Source: an uncultured Acetatifactor sp. (GTDB lineage Bacteria; Bacillota; Clostridia; Lachnospirales; Lachnospiraceae). Taken from it: 64,000 nucleotides of DNA. A program made the position numbers and the translations under genes. Below, piece by piece: positions 16,872-26,897 of the stretch (position 1 is the stretch's first letter; every line of letters begins with the position of its first letter). Location: NCBI GenBank assembly GCA_947594835.1, contig CANQEH010000013.1, positions 8,838 through 72,837 of the forward strand, given 5' to 3'. Below the pieces are notes generated by a model. It was not told where the DNA came from. It ran no database searches and was given only the letters and a program-made list of their open reading frames with translations.

Positions 16872-17933
16872 TTAACGCTCTCGCTCTATTTCTGCAATTT
16901 GATGGACAATCTCAGAAAAACCTTCTGAATCAGATTCCAGTAGCCCATGCGTCATATTTTGCATCAGAAACATCCGTTTATACGGCGCATTTACTTCGTC
17001 AAAATATTCCTGTGCCAGTTGATAATTTGTCTGATAATCTTTGTCGCCGTTTATGTTATAAAAAGGTACTTCATAGTCCACTTTACCCTTCAGAGAAAAA
17101 CTTGCAAATTCCTCAGAAGGATAAAAATCCAGATAAGCGCTCATCTCTGTGCGGAGGAATTGAATCCAGTCGGCAACGGAATAATACGGGTTAAAAATAA
17201 CCGCTGAAATCAAATTGTAATCTGCACCGTTCGCCATCCTGTCATAGCCATATTTTTGCATAATCGTGTTTTTCACAGAAAAATGTTCTGCCGTAGGATT
17301 GTCCGGTGTCAACTGGTTTACCAGACGCAACATTTCCTCATCGTTTTGCGCCCATAGATACGCTTCCTGCTGGAAGGCCTGTTCATTTTCCAGGCAATCG
17401 ACGAATTGGCCCGCTCCGATAAAACACTCATAATATTCCGGATATTCCAGCACCAGATTTGCACCGTATATGCTTCCCCACGAATGCCCTAAAATGGTCA
17501 ATTTATCTTTCGAGAGATAATCCAGCACATACTCCGTAACTTTTTTCCCATCCGATAAAAACAAATCTTTTGTCAAAGCAGTATCATTCTGCTCCGGATC
17601 ATAGCTTTTCCCGCAATTGCGCTGATCCCAGGTCACTATCGTGTATACATCCGCCCATTTTCTTGTGATCACATAATCAAAATAGCTTGTGGATGAGCCA
17701 GGCCCTCCGTGTAAATATAATAAAACCGGATTATCGATATCTTTCCCATAAATGCTGATCCACTGCTTTGTGCCGTTCACATCAAGATACATCGACTCAT
17801 TGATGCCTCCTGCGGGGGATTGCCTGCGGACCGCTTGCCCGATTGCCCTCACCAAAAAGAACACTGTGACGAAAGACAAGACCAGCACTGCCGCCCATTT
17901 CATCGCTCTAAAGATTCTGCACTTTTTCTTCAT
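16872..17933 (-). CDS. membrane-anchored alpha/beta hydrolase (proline iminopeptidase-like)
   Basis: Trimmed to ATG 17933 (GGAAGGAAG SD). N-terminal TM helix, oxyanion-type LHGGPG and nucleophile elbow GHSWGS. Confidence 0.85.
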   Translation of the reverse strand: MKKKCRIFRAMKWAAVLVLSFVTVFFLVRAIGQAVRRQSPAGGINESMYLDVNGTKQWISIYGKDIDNPVLLYLHGGPGSSTSYFDYVITRKWADVYTIVTWDQRNCGKSYDPEQNDTALTKDLFLSDGKKVTEYVLDYLSKDKLTILGHSWGSIYGANLVLEYPEYYECFIGAGQFVDCLENEQAFQQEAYLWAQNDEEMLRLVNQLTPDNPTAEHFSVKNTIMQKYGYDRMANGADYNLISAVIFNPYYSVADWIQFLRTEMSAYLDFYPSEEFASFSLKGKVDYEVPFYNINGDKDYQTNYQLAQEYFDEVNAPYKRMFLMQNMTHGLLESDSEGFSEIVHQIAEIERER

Positions 17934-18129
17934 CTGCTTCCTTCCGAATCCCGGTGGATTCCACAAACGCATACCTGACGCTCATTATACACCCAAATCA
18001 TGAAAAAAGCTACCGCCGTCCACCCAATGCCCCCCGGCGCCTCTCACACCCCTCCCCCGCCCCTTCCCCTTGCAATTTTTCATCCGGGAGCGTACAATAA
18101 AGGCAAAGAATGCTTCCGGGAGGCATACA

Positions 18130-20028
18130 ATGTATCGCAGGAAAAGACTAGGCGTTTTCGTGTCACATATCTATGGCGATTACCAGCGCAGGCTCTGCGC
18201 CGGGATCATCCGCAGGGCAAAGGAATACGGGTATCAGGTGGAGATCTTCACCTCCAACGACGGGGAGGACGTAGGCGATTACGGCCTGGGGGAGTACAGT
18301 CTTTTACACATCCCCGACCTCAACCGCTGCGACGGCGTCATCCTGGCCTCCAGCACCTACCTTCTGACAGAGATGGCGGAAAAGATCAAGGAGATGCTGC
18401 AGGAGCAGTTTCGCGGCCCCGTCATCGCCATTGAACAGAACAGTTCCCCCTTCCCCCGGGTGGCCTTAGAAAACAACAGCCCCGTCAAGGATCTGGTGCT
18501 GCACCTGGGCAGGGTGCACGGCTACACCAGGATGCTCTACCTGGGCAACCAGAACTACCCAGACTTTAGCTCCCTGCGCCGGGATTTCTTTCTGGAGGGC
18601 CTCTCTGCCCTGGGGCTGCCCGCGGAGGGCTGTGTCCTGACCTGCGACGGCACCCAGCAGGGCATCTCCTCCGCCCTGTCCGCTGTGCTGGAACAAAACC
18701 CCCTCCCCCAGGCCATCGTCTGCTATAACGACGCCCTGGCGCTGGATGTGATCGGCTTTCTCCGGGCCCGGGGCGTCCGCGTCCCCGGGCAGGTGGCGGT
18801 GACCGGCCTGGACACCCTCGCTTTCGGCCAGCAGACCTCCCCGGTGCTGACCTCCGTCACCTTTCCCATCCAAACGCTGGGAGAGACGGCGGTGGAACTG
18901 TTTTTCTCCGCCTCAAAGGGCGAGACCGTCCCCCCTGTGACCTATGTGTACGCCTCCCCCAGCATCGGCGCCTCCTGCGGCTGCAGCGTAAACGCCCCGG
19001 ACGCCTACGCTTACGCCCGTTTTCTGGACAAGGCCATCGTCCGCCGGGAGACGGAACTGATCCAGAACATGAATATGGCCGCCAACCTGCAGGGGGTGGA
19101 CGACCTGGACAAGGGTATGGATCTGATCGCGGACTTTGTGAAGAAACTGCCCCACTGCCGCCAGTTCTACTTGTGTCTCTACGACGGCTGGGATCGGATG
19201 CCGGGACGTCTGCAGGAGTTCTTTCCCTCCGGGGAACCTCAGGGCTCCGACACCGTCCTCTTAAAGCTTGCCATCAAGGACGGCAGACGGCTGCCGGAAT
19301 GTACCTTCCCCCGCCGCAGCACCCTGCCGGACTATCTCTATGAGGACGGCAGTTCCTTCCTCTACGCCTCCCTGTTCTTCGCCGGACAGCACTTCGGCTA
19401 CCTGGCCCTCTCCTTCGACGGGGATACGGTTGGATATGACTTTGCCTTCGTCTCCTGGCTCTTTAATGTGAACAATATGTTGAAGAGCCTCTGCGACAAA
19501 AAGAATCTCGGACTTTTGGCAGACAGGCTGGAAGCCCTTTACACCAGGGACGAACTGACCGGGCTGATGAACCGGCAGGGCTTTGGCCGGGCTGCCGCCC
19601 CGGTCTTTGAGCAGGCCGTGGCAGACAAAAAGACAATCTGCGCCATGATGTTTGACCTGGACGGCTTAAAGCACATCAACGACGCCTACGGCCACCCGGA
19701 GGGAGATTTTGCCATCCGGGTGCTGGCCCGTGCCCTGAAAAACTCTGTGGAGGAAACCTGTCTCTGCGCCCGGCAGGGGGGAGACGAATTCCAGCTTCTG
19801 GTTCCGGACTGCGACGGGCAGGCCGCCGCACAGATCCTTGAGAAAGTGCAGAAATATCTGGACAATTACAACCGCCTCCACACCAAGGAATATCTGGTGC
19901 AGGCCAGCGGCGGATACAGCGCCCGCGTCCCCCAAAGCCCGGCAGAGCTCTCCGAGATGTTCCGGGAGGCGGATCGGGAGATGTACCGCATGAAACAAAA
20001 GCATCAGGAAGCCTCAGCCCTTAAATAG
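18130..20028 (+). CDS. diguanylate cyclase with N-terminal LacI/RbsB-type (periplasmic-binding-protein type I) sugar-binding fold, no HTH, no TM
   Basis: Trimmed to ATG 18130 (GGGAGG SD). The N-terminus RLGVFVSHIYGDYQRRLCAGIIRRAKEYGY...CYNDALALDV is PBP-I-like. The C-terminus has DELTGLMNRQGF...DLDGLKHINDAYGHPEGD...RQGGDEFQLL (intact GGDEF). Confidence 0.85.
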   Translation: MYRRKRLGVFVSHIYGDYQRRLCAGIIRRAKEYGYQVEIFTSNDGEDVGDYGLGEYSLLHIPDLNRCDGVILASSTYLLTEMAEKIKEMLQEQFRGPVIAIEQNSSPFPRVALENNSPVKDLVLHLGRVHGYTRMLYLGNQNYPDFSSLRRDFFLEGLSALGLPAEGCVLTCDGTQQGISSALSAVLEQNPLPQAIVCYNDALALDVIGFLRARGVRVPGQVAVTGLDTLAFGQQTSPVLTSVTFPIQTLGETAVELFFSASKGETVPPVTYVYASPSIGASCGCSVNAPDAYAYARFLDKAIVRRETELIQNMNMAANLQGVDDLDKGMDLIADFVKKLPHCRQFYLCLYDGWDRMPGRLQEFFPSGEPQGSDTVLLKLAIKDGRRLPECTFPRRSTLPDYLYEDGSSFLYASLFFAGQHFGYLALSFDGDTVGYDFAFVSWLFNVNNMLKSLCDKKNLGLLADRLEALYTRDELTGLMNRQGFGRAAAPVFEQAVADKKTICAMMFDLDGLKHINDAYGHPEGDFAIRVLARALKNSVEETCLCARQGGDEFQLLVPDCDGQAAAQILEKVQKYLDNYNRLHTKEYLVQASGGYSARVPQSPAELSEMFREADREMYRMKQKHQEASALK

Positions 20029-21474
20029 GGCGTTTTTCCGATACTCAGTGGGCGACACGCCGCAGGACGCCTTAAAGATCTTCATAAAATGCTTCTCGTT
20101 TTCGTATCCCACTTTCGCGCTGATGTCCACCACCTTCATATCCGTCTCCTCCAGAAGCCGCTTGGCCTCCTGGAGCCGGATGTCCTTTAAGTAATTCACA
20201 AAATTGCTCCCTGTATACTGCTTGAACACATAGGAAAACAGGGAGTAATTCATGGAGATGTGGTTGCTCACCACCGCCATGTTTAAATCCTTGTCGAAAT
20301 TTTCCTGGATATAGTCCACCGCCTGTTTGATCTTCTGCCTGTTCTTGTAATCGTCAAACCGGCTGTTGACCGTCTCTCCAAAATCCGTCAGCCACCCGGT
20401 CATCTCCGCCGCATACTCCTCCATGCAGGGATAGCGGTACAAATCGTAATACCCTTCCACCTCCCGCTCATCCACCTTCAAAATGCCCGCGTAGGTGCTT
20501 CGGATGCCGTCCAGCAGCATCCGCATCCCGTTTTCAAAGACCTGGGGCGCATAGGCTCCAAGGGAAGCGTTCTTAAAGATGCGGCCCAGCTGTCTTAGGC
20601 CCTCCTCATACTTGTCCGTGCCGAGAAGCTGTACGATCTGCTGGATGGAACTCTCCTCCAGAGCCACCCCCCCGGACCTGCCTGTGACCATCTCCGAATA
20701 GGCCACCGCGTGTTTATTCAGGAAAAAGGCCTCCCTGCGGGCGTCGTCCGCCTGGCTGCAGGCCTGCTTGAGCGTCTCAAGCCCTCTCCAGGGGCCGCTT
20801 GTCCCCACATACCGCCCGGGGAGCTCCTCCCTTAACAGGATGGGCAGATGGCGCTCCGAGACCAGATAATATTCCCTTCCCTCTACACCGCTTAGGTAGA
20901 TGTAGGGAGCCCCGTCTTCCGCCTCTGTCTCTCCCCCGGTGTCCCTGGCGCACACCGCATAAAAGTTCCCCCCGAAAAAGCTCCCTTCATACTGCTGGAT
21001 TAAAAGCTCCTTTTCCTCCTGGGGCAGATTGTCGTTTAAGATGGCGTATTTTAACTGCTGGCAGCCCAGGGAATAATCCGCCCGGCGGCTCTCCTGCCCG
21101 GCGGCGATCTCCCCGTCCAGCCTTTGCAGGATCTCCTTTACCTTTTCCCGATCCACCGGCTTTAACAGGTATTCCCGCACGCCGCCCCGCAGCATCTCCA
21201 CCGCGTAGGAAAAGTCGTCGTAGCCGCTGACCGCCACCGTCAGCGGTTTTACGGGCAGCTCCTGCATGGCTTTCACCAGCGCGATCCCGTCCATCTTCGG
21301 CATCCGGATGTCCGTGAACATCACGTCCACCTTCTGCGTCTTTAAGATCTCCAGCGCCGCCTCCCCGTTGCTGCACTCTAAGATATTCTCCACCGGGACG
21401 CCGCTCCGCTGCACCATCACCCGCAGCCCCTGCCGGATCAGCTTCTCATCTTCCACGATCAACAAGGTGTTCAT
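20014..21474 (-). CDS. response regulator, REC + AraC-type HTH (YesN-like)
   Basis: MNTLLIVEDEKLIRQGL...DVMFTDIRMPKMDG, with a C-terminal AraC HTH (VGYENEKHFMKIFKASCGVSPTEYRK). Confidence 0.92.
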   Translation of the reverse strand: MNTLLIVEDEKLIRQGLRVMVQRSGVPVENILECSNGEAALEILKTQKVDVMFTDIRMPKMDGIALVKAMQELPVKPLTVAVSGYDDFSYAVEMLRGGVREYLLKPVDREKVKEILQRLDGEIAAGQESRRADYSLGCQQLKYAILNDNLPQEEKELLIQQYEGSFFGGNFYAVCARDTGGETEAEDGAPYIYLSGVEGREYYLVSERHLPILLREELPGRYVGTSGPWRGLETLKQACSQADDARREAFFLNKHAVAYSEMVTGRSGGVALEESSIQQIVQLLGTDKYEEGLRQLGRIFKNASLGAYAPQVFENGMRMLLDGIRSTYAGILKVDEREVEGYYDLYRYPCMEEYAAEMTGWLTDFGETVNSRFDDYKNRQKIKQAVDYIQENFDKDLNMAVVSNHISMNYSLFSYVFKQYTGSNFVNYLKDIRLQEAKRLLEETDMKVVDISAKVGYENEKHFMKIFKASCGVSPTEYRKNALFKG

Positions 21475-23281
21475 CTGTCTGCCCTCCCTCTGTCATCGTC
21501 CTCATGGGGATCCGCACCATGATCTTGGTGTAAAGCCCCAGCCTGGACGCGATCTCTATCCCGTATTTTTCCCCAAAATTCATTTTGATGCGGTCCTGCA
21601 CATTCTTCAGCCCGATGCCGTTGCCCGAGCCGCCGGAGGTCTCGATCTCCCCGTTGATCTTGCGGTACAGGTTTTCCACTTCCTCGCCGCTCATCCCCCG
21701 GCCCGCGTCCGTGATCTCGATGATACAGTCCTCCCCGTCCCGGATCCCCTTCACATAGATGCTGGTGTCCTCCGCAATCTGCTCGATACCGTGGTAGATG
21801 GCATTTTCCACGATGGGCTGCAGGGACATCTTGGGAATCTCCTGCCTGCGGATCTCCCAGGGGATGTTTTCCGACAGATAGATCTCATAGTCGAACCGCA
21901 GATTGATCAGCTTCAGATAATTGCGGATGTACTCCATCTCCTCCTCCACCGTCACATTGCCGCTGGTCCAGTGCATACTGTACCGCAAAAGCTTTCCCAG
22001 AGCCGTGATGGCGTCCGAGATGTCGTACTTTTCGTCGATCTCCGCCATCATCTTGACAGACTCCAGCACATTGTAGATGAAGTGGGCGTTGATCTGGTTC
22101 TGCAGGGCCCGCACCTGGGTATTCTTCACCAGAAGCTCCCGCTTTAAATTGTCGTCCGTCAGGCGCTTGATGCTCACTAACATGGCGTTGATCTGTTTGC
22201 CGAGCTCCCCCATCTCGTCGCTGCCGCCCTCCGGGATCACCACCTCCAGATCCCCCTCCTGCACCTTGCGGATGGCCGTTAAGATGCGGTACAGACGGCC
22301 CAGCACGGCATTCACCGTCCGGTTGATCATATAGCCGAACAGCAGAACCAATGCAAAGCCCGCCACGATATAGACGGCCCGCTGGCGGTACACCTGTCCG
22401 ATGTTTCCGCTGATATCTTCCACCGATAAAAGCGCGCCGCCCAGCTCTTTGATGGGCTGGTACCCCGCCACCAGCTTCTGTCTGCCGCCCAGGTAGGACA
22501 CCTGCTGCCCTTCCTCCGCCTGCCGCCCGTTTAAGAGCTTCTCCGCCAGCAGGCGGTTTTTCTCCGTGTCATTTTCCTGGGAAAAATAATACTGCCCGTC
22601 TTCCGTCACAAAGCAGGCCCATTGCTCTTTTGCCTCCTCATAGACCATGGGGAACATGACGTCCATGTACATGGCTACCTCCAAAACCGCCAGAGGCTCC
22701 CCGTCGTAGGTCTCCATGGGGGTCACAAGGGATAAAAGGGCCCTTCCCTCGTTGAGCCGCCCTGCGTGTTCAAACAGGCTGTCCAGATAGCCGAACTGCC
22801 AGCCGAAAAAATCCTCCTGCCCCGCCCAGGCAAGGTTTTTCATCCGGCTGCTGCGATAGAGGATGGGCATCATCTCCTGTAAGCTGTCGCTGTCCACATA
22901 CACCCGGGTCTGGTACAGAGCGGAATTGTTGTTCACCATCCGCTCTAAGGAGGCCACGTCCTGATTGTAAAAGTCCAAAAGCTCCTGGGTGGTGTATTCC
23001 TCCCCGTCCTTCACGGCGTTTAAGAGATCCGACAGGGCGTGGTCGCTTAAGAAAAACTGGGTGGACATATTGATGGTCTCCACATTGCCCGCCGCCCGCT
23101 CGTATGCCTCGCTCAGCCGGTAGCCCATGGCGTCCATCCGCTCCTGTATCACGTTGTCCTCCATGCTTCGGAACAGCCATCCCCCCAGCGCCACCATGGG
23201 GATCAGCACAAAGCAAAGGGAGATCAGCGTAAACTTCGTATTCAGTTTCTGCCCGTCAAACCATTCCTTGATCCGCTTCAC
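21446..23281 (-). CDS. sensor histidine kinase, YesM-like (two TM, HAMP, His_kinase/HATPase)
   Basis: ALQNQINAHFIYNVLES histidine box and GIGLKNVQDRI G2-box. The extracytoplasmic domain lies between two TM helices. Confidence 0.92.
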   Translation of the reverse strand: MKRIKEWFDGQKLNTKFTLISLCFVLIPMVALGGWLFRSMEDNVIQERMDAMGYRLSEAYERAAGNVETINMSTQFFLSDHALSDLLNAVKDGEEYTTQELLDFYNQDVASLERMVNNNSALYQTRVYVDSDSLQEMMPILYRSSRMKNLAWAGQEDFFGWQFGYLDSLFEHAGRLNEGRALLSLVTPMETYDGEPLAVLEVAMYMDVMFPMVYEEAKEQWACFVTEDGQYYFSQENDTEKNRLLAEKLLNGRQAEEGQQVSYLGGRQKLVAGYQPIKELGGALLSVEDISGNIGQVYRQRAVYIVAGFALVLLFGYMINRTVNAVLGRLYRILTAIRKVQEGDLEVVIPEGGSDEMGELGKQINAMLVSIKRLTDDNLKRELLVKNTQVRALQNQINAHFIYNVLESVKMMAEIDEKYDISDAITALGKLLRYSMHWTSGNVTVEEEMEYIRNYLKLINLRFDYEIYLSENIPWEIRRQEIPKMSLQPIVENAIYHGIEQIAEDTSIYVKGIRDGEDCIIEITDAGRGMSGEEVENLYRKINGEIETSGGSGNGIGLKNVQDRIKMNFGEKYGIEIASRLGLYTKIMVRIPMRTMTEGGQTDEHLVDRGR

Positions 23282-24921
23282 CCCGTCCTCCCGGTCTGCT
23301 CGATCTTAAGCCGCTCCTTCAGTTCCCGCATCTGGCGGGTGCTCTCCTCCAACACCAGGCCGTACCCCAAATCCTCCCGCTGTTCTAAAAATTCCGCAAA
23401 GATCCGGTCAAATTCCTCCTCGGTGGGCGCTAAGAGCAGCCTTGGCAGCACCCGGCTCCAAAGCTCCTTTACCTTCATGTCCGCCTCGCCGGCCTCGGTG
23501 TTTCTGTCAAAGCTGAACTCGTACTGGCCCAGGTAATGGCTGTATGGATACGTCCACTCCTCCAGCTGCCCGTTGGGGGGCGAAAGGGGCTGACGCCACT
23601 CTAACTGTCTGGCATTGTCCTGGAGCATCCAATAGGTGTTGTCCGCGCCGTAGATTTCGTTGTAGGTCTCCCTGTCCGTCTGTAAAAGCTCCTGGACTTC
23701 GGGCCGCACCAGGGGATGTCCGTCCACCATGTCGTAGGTGACGCCCTCCACGCCCAGATAAGTGAGCATCTGCCCCTGGTCGCTCATCAGGTAGGAGAGC
23801 AGCCGGATGGCCCGGTCCGGGTGCTCACAGTTTTTGGAGATCAGGGTCACCGTCCAGCCGTTGATGCCGGAACCCGGCAGCACAGGGTCGTCCCCGGCGC
23901 TGTTTTTCGGCCCGTCCACCGCCATGTAGATCTTGTTCGGATCTTTGGCGTAGAGCGCCGCCTGCTGATCCGCCATATCCGTCCGCTGGTACAGCATACA
24001 GAAATACTGCCCCCGTTCCAGCTTTTCCTCCATCTGCACCCGCTGGTCGATAAAGATATCCTCCTTGAGATACCCCTCCGCCCCCAGGGTCCGGAAAGCC
24101 TTCAGCCAGGTGATGTAGTCCGGGTCCGTGTACCTGTCCAGATACACCCCGTCCTTTTCGTAGGGCACCGCCAGAAAATTCTGCAGATACTGGTCAAAGG
24201 AGACGCAGCCCGTGCTGTTGAACACATGGGAGCCCACGGGGATCAGTGGATACCCGTCCACCTCGGGGTAAGCCTCCGCCGCCCGCTTCACCGTGTCGAT
24301 AAAGCCCTGTGGGGTGGTCATGTCGGGACACCCCAAAGCCTCGTAGATATCCTTTCGCACCAGAAAGGTCTGGTTGGAGGCGATGTTTTCATACTTCTCA
24401 TAGTCCTCAGGGGAGTAGGAGGAGTTGGGATAGCAGTACAGATTGCCGTCCTCCCTGGTAAACCAGGACACCACCGTGGGATCCGCCTGCTCCCAGAAGG
24501 TGACGTCGTATGCATCCGCCAGCTCATTTAAAGCGCAGACCATATCCCGGTCTATCATGGTGTCCACCGCGTTCTCCCACCAGCCCAGGGTGATCAGATC
24601 CGGCAGGGTGTCTGAGGAGATCATGGCGTTAAACTTTTCCTCCTCGTTTCCGATGGGAGTCAGGAAGCGGATGGAGACGCCCGTGTCCCGGGTGATCTGA
24701 TCCGACACCAGATTGCCGCCCCAGGGGGTCTGATACCAGGCGTAATTGATATACCAGTCCAGGGTGACGGGCTCCGGGGCCTCCTTCTCCTGGGCGTCTT
24801 GCGCCCCCTGCGCTCCCTGCCCCTCCTGCCCGCAGGATGCTCCCAGCAGGGCCGCCCCCAACAGGATGGCGAAGGCCGCCGCCTTTTTTTGTCTCCCGAA
24901 ACCGTCTCCTGCCCGCTTCAT
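23278..24921 (-). CDS. large extracellular solute-binding lipoprotein (LplA-like), co-transcribed with the sensor kinase
   Basis: Lipobox LLGASCG. 547 aa. The stop overlaps the HK start. Confidence 0.85.
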   Translation of the reverse strand: MKRAGDGFGRQKKAAAFAILLGAALLGASCGQEGQGAQGAQDAQEKEAPEPVTLDWYINYAWYQTPWGGNLVSDQITRDTGVSIRFLTPIGNEEEKFNAMISSDTLPDLITLGWWENAVDTMIDRDMVCALNELADAYDVTFWEQADPTVVSWFTREDGNLYCYPNSSYSPEDYEKYENIASNQTFLVRKDIYEALGCPDMTTPQGFIDTVKRAAEAYPEVDGYPLIPVGSHVFNSTGCVSFDQYLQNFLAVPYEKDGVYLDRYTDPDYITWLKAFRTLGAEGYLKEDIFIDQRVQMEEKLERGQYFCMLYQRTDMADQQAALYAKDPNKIYMAVDGPKNSAGDDPVLPGSGINGWTVTLISKNCEHPDRAIRLLSYLMSDQGQMLTYLGVEGVTYDMVDGHPLVRPEVQELLQTDRETYNEIYGADNTYWMLQDNARQLEWRQPLSPPNGQLEEWTYPYSHYLGQYEFSFDRNTEAGEADMKVKELWSRVLPRLLLAPTEEEFDRIFAEFLEQREDLGYGLVLEESTRQMRELKERLKIEQTGRTG

Positions 24922-24997
24922 CCTTCCGTTCCTCTCTTCCGCCTCATTTCGGCCCGTCTGCGTCCGTCTGTCCTTTTTTCAGTATATCCCCAAACAC

Positions 24998-25029
24998 GCA
25001 AAAGTGCAAGGAGGATACCCCCCTTGCAC
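24998..25029 (-). terminator. intrinsic terminator after the ABC permease genes
   Basis: GTGCAAGG..CCTTGCAC stem followed by CTTTTG on the minus strand. TATACT -10-like hexamer just downstream for the sensor operon. Confidence 0.55.
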
Positions 25030-25043
25030 GGTTTGCCTTTCTC

Positions 25044-25877
25044 TTATTCTTTCACGCTGCCCGTAGAAATACTGCTGATGATGTACTTGGAGCAGAAGCA
25101 GAACACGATCATGATGGGCACGATGGAAATCGCCAGCGCCAGGTAGATCGCGCCCTGGTTGGTGGCGATATCCTGGCTGGAGCGCAGGGAGGATACCATC
25201 ACGGGCAGGGTCAGCTTTTCGGGTTTATGGATCAGGATCAAGGGGAGCAGGTAGGAGTTCCAGTTCCCGATGAACCCGCCGATCGCCATGGTGGCCACGC
25301 CGGGCGCCATGATGGGGAACACGATGCGGTGGAAAATGTGCAGTTCCTTTGCGCCGTCGATGCGGGCCGCCTCCAGAAGGCTCATGGGCAGCACGGACAA
25401 AATGTACTGGCGCAGGAAGAACACGGTGCCGGTGGAGGCAATGGCCGGGATGATCAGGGGCACATAGGTGTCCAGCAGCCCAAGCTTCACCACCAGGTTG
25501 TAAAATCCGATCAGGCCAAGCTGGCCGGGGATCATCATGAACACCACAATGGTGTAGAAGATGATGTTCTTTCCCTTGAATTTATAGACGGCCAGAGCGT
25601 AGGCGGTCAACGCGGAAAAGTATGCCATCAGCACGGTGGCGGGCACCGCCACCTTTAAGCTGTTCCAAAAGCCCAGGAACAAGTTGAAGTAGCCGAATAC
25701 CGCCTCCCAGTTCTCCTTCAGGCTGTGGCCCGGGATCAGGGTAAAGGAGGTCATGATCTCCCGGCCGCTCCTGGTGGCGTTTACGATCATCAAAAGGAAC
25801 GGGAGCAGGCAGGTCACTGCCAGCGCAATCAGGAAAATATATAAGAGCGTCTTTTTGATCTTGAATGCCATGGTCAT
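25044..25877 (-). CDS. carbohydrate ABC transporter permease
   Basis: EAA loop LLEAARIDGAKELHIFHRIVFP; six-TM pattern. Confidence 0.9.
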   Translation of the reverse strand: MTMAFKIKKTLLYIFLIALAVTCLLPFLLMIVNATRSGREIMTSFTLIPGHSLKENWEAVFGYFNLFLGFWNSLKVAVPATVLMAYFSALTAYALAVYKFKGKNIIFYTIVVFMMIPGQLGLIGFYNLVVKLGLLDTYVPLIIPAIASTGTVFFLRQYILSVLPMSLLEAARIDGAKELHIFHRIVFPIMAPGVATMAIGGFIGNWNSYLLPLILIHKPEKLTLPVMVSSLRSSQDIATNQGAIYLALAISIVPIMIVFCFCSKYIISSISTGSVKE

Positions 25878-26788
25878 TCCTCCCCTCTGTTCATCACCTT
25901 AAACTGGATGATAGATACCGTCAGGATCATCAAAAACAGCACATAGGCGATGGCGGATGCGTAACCCATCTGTCTTGTCTCGAAGCCGAATTTGTACATA
26001 TACATGGTCACGGTCTGGGTACTGCCAAGCGGGTCTCCCTTGGTGCCGCCGCACATTAAGAAGGGCAGGTCGAACATCTGCAGGCCGCCGATCAGGGAAG
26101 TGATGCCCACATACAGAAGGATGGGCCGCAGCAGGGGCAGGGTGATCTTTCCGAAGATTTTCCATCTCCCCGCGCCGTCGATGGCGGCTGCTTCAAAGTA
26201 GTCCCGGTTGATGCCCTGGACGCCTGCCATCAGCATGATAAAGGAATTGCCGAACCAGATCCAGGACTGTATCACCGATATCACATAGGGGGCCGAGGAG
26301 GTCTGGCCCAGCCAGTTGATGGGCTCGCTGATCAGATGAGCCTTCATCAGGATCTGGTTGAAGGTGCCGAACCGCCAGTCTAACAGCGTCTGGAACAAAA
26401 ACGCCACGCTGGTCACGGCGATGATATTGGGCAGATAGAACAGGGCGCGGAAGATTCCCAGGCCCTTCATCCGATATTTCATGTCGCTGAAAATAATGGT
26501 GAGCAGAAACGCCAGGCCCAGCTGCAGCACGATGTTCACGATCCAGATATTTAAGGTATGCAGCAGCGCCTTCCAAAAGAATTTGTCCTGGAATACCCGC
26601 AAATAGTTGGTAAATCCCAAGAATTTCATGGCGCCGTAGCCCTTGTATTCCGTAAAACTGATGTGCAGGGTGCGTAGCACCGGATAGACGCTGAACACCA
26701 GAAACACAATCACAAAGGGCGCCACAAAAAGATAGGCCATGTTGTTGATGTTTCTTCTTTTCTTTTTCGCAGTCTTTGCTTTCGCCAT
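25874..26788 (-). CDS. sugar ABC transporter permease
   Basis: EAA loop YFEAAAIDGAGRWKIFGKITLP. The stop overlaps the next start. Confidence 0.9.
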   Translation of the reverse strand: MAKAKTAKKKRRNINNMAYLFVAPFVIVFLVFSVYPVLRTLHISFTEYKGYGAMKFLGFTNYLRVFQDKFFWKALLHTLNIWIVNIVLQLGLAFLLTIIFSDMKYRMKGLGIFRALFYLPNIIAVTSVAFLFQTLLDWRFGTFNQILMKAHLISEPINWLGQTSSAPYVISVIQSWIWFGNSFIMLMAGVQGINRDYFEAAAIDGAGRWKIFGKITLPLLRPILLYVGITSLIGGLQMFDLPFLMCGGTKGDPLGSTQTVTMYMYKFGFETRQMGYASAIAYVLFLMILTVSIIQFKVMNRGEE

Positions 26789-26847
26789 ACCTCTCCCAGC
26801 CTTTCTGAAGCTTATTTGCCCGTGGAATCTCTCTCCGCGGAAATCGG

Positions 26848-26872
26848 GATGGAGGGTTTATGGCCCTCCATC
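26848..26872 (-). other. intercistronic hairpin GATGGAGGG-N7-CCCTCCATC after the SBP gene
   Basis: 9-bp perfect stem between the SBP stop (26898) and the permease start (26788). This placement is typical of a partial terminator or mRNA stabiliser. Confidence 0.4.
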
Positions 26873-26897
26873 TCGCAGTGTATGCTCTTTCTTACCT

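Noticed and set aside
20014-20028. Convergent gene-end overlaps, at 20014-20028 (GGDEF vs YesN-like) and 41315-41352 (kinase vs acyltransferase), as possible antisense regulation.
   Set aside because: Short 3'-3' overlaps are common in compact genomes. I see no additional structure that would support a specific regulatory role.
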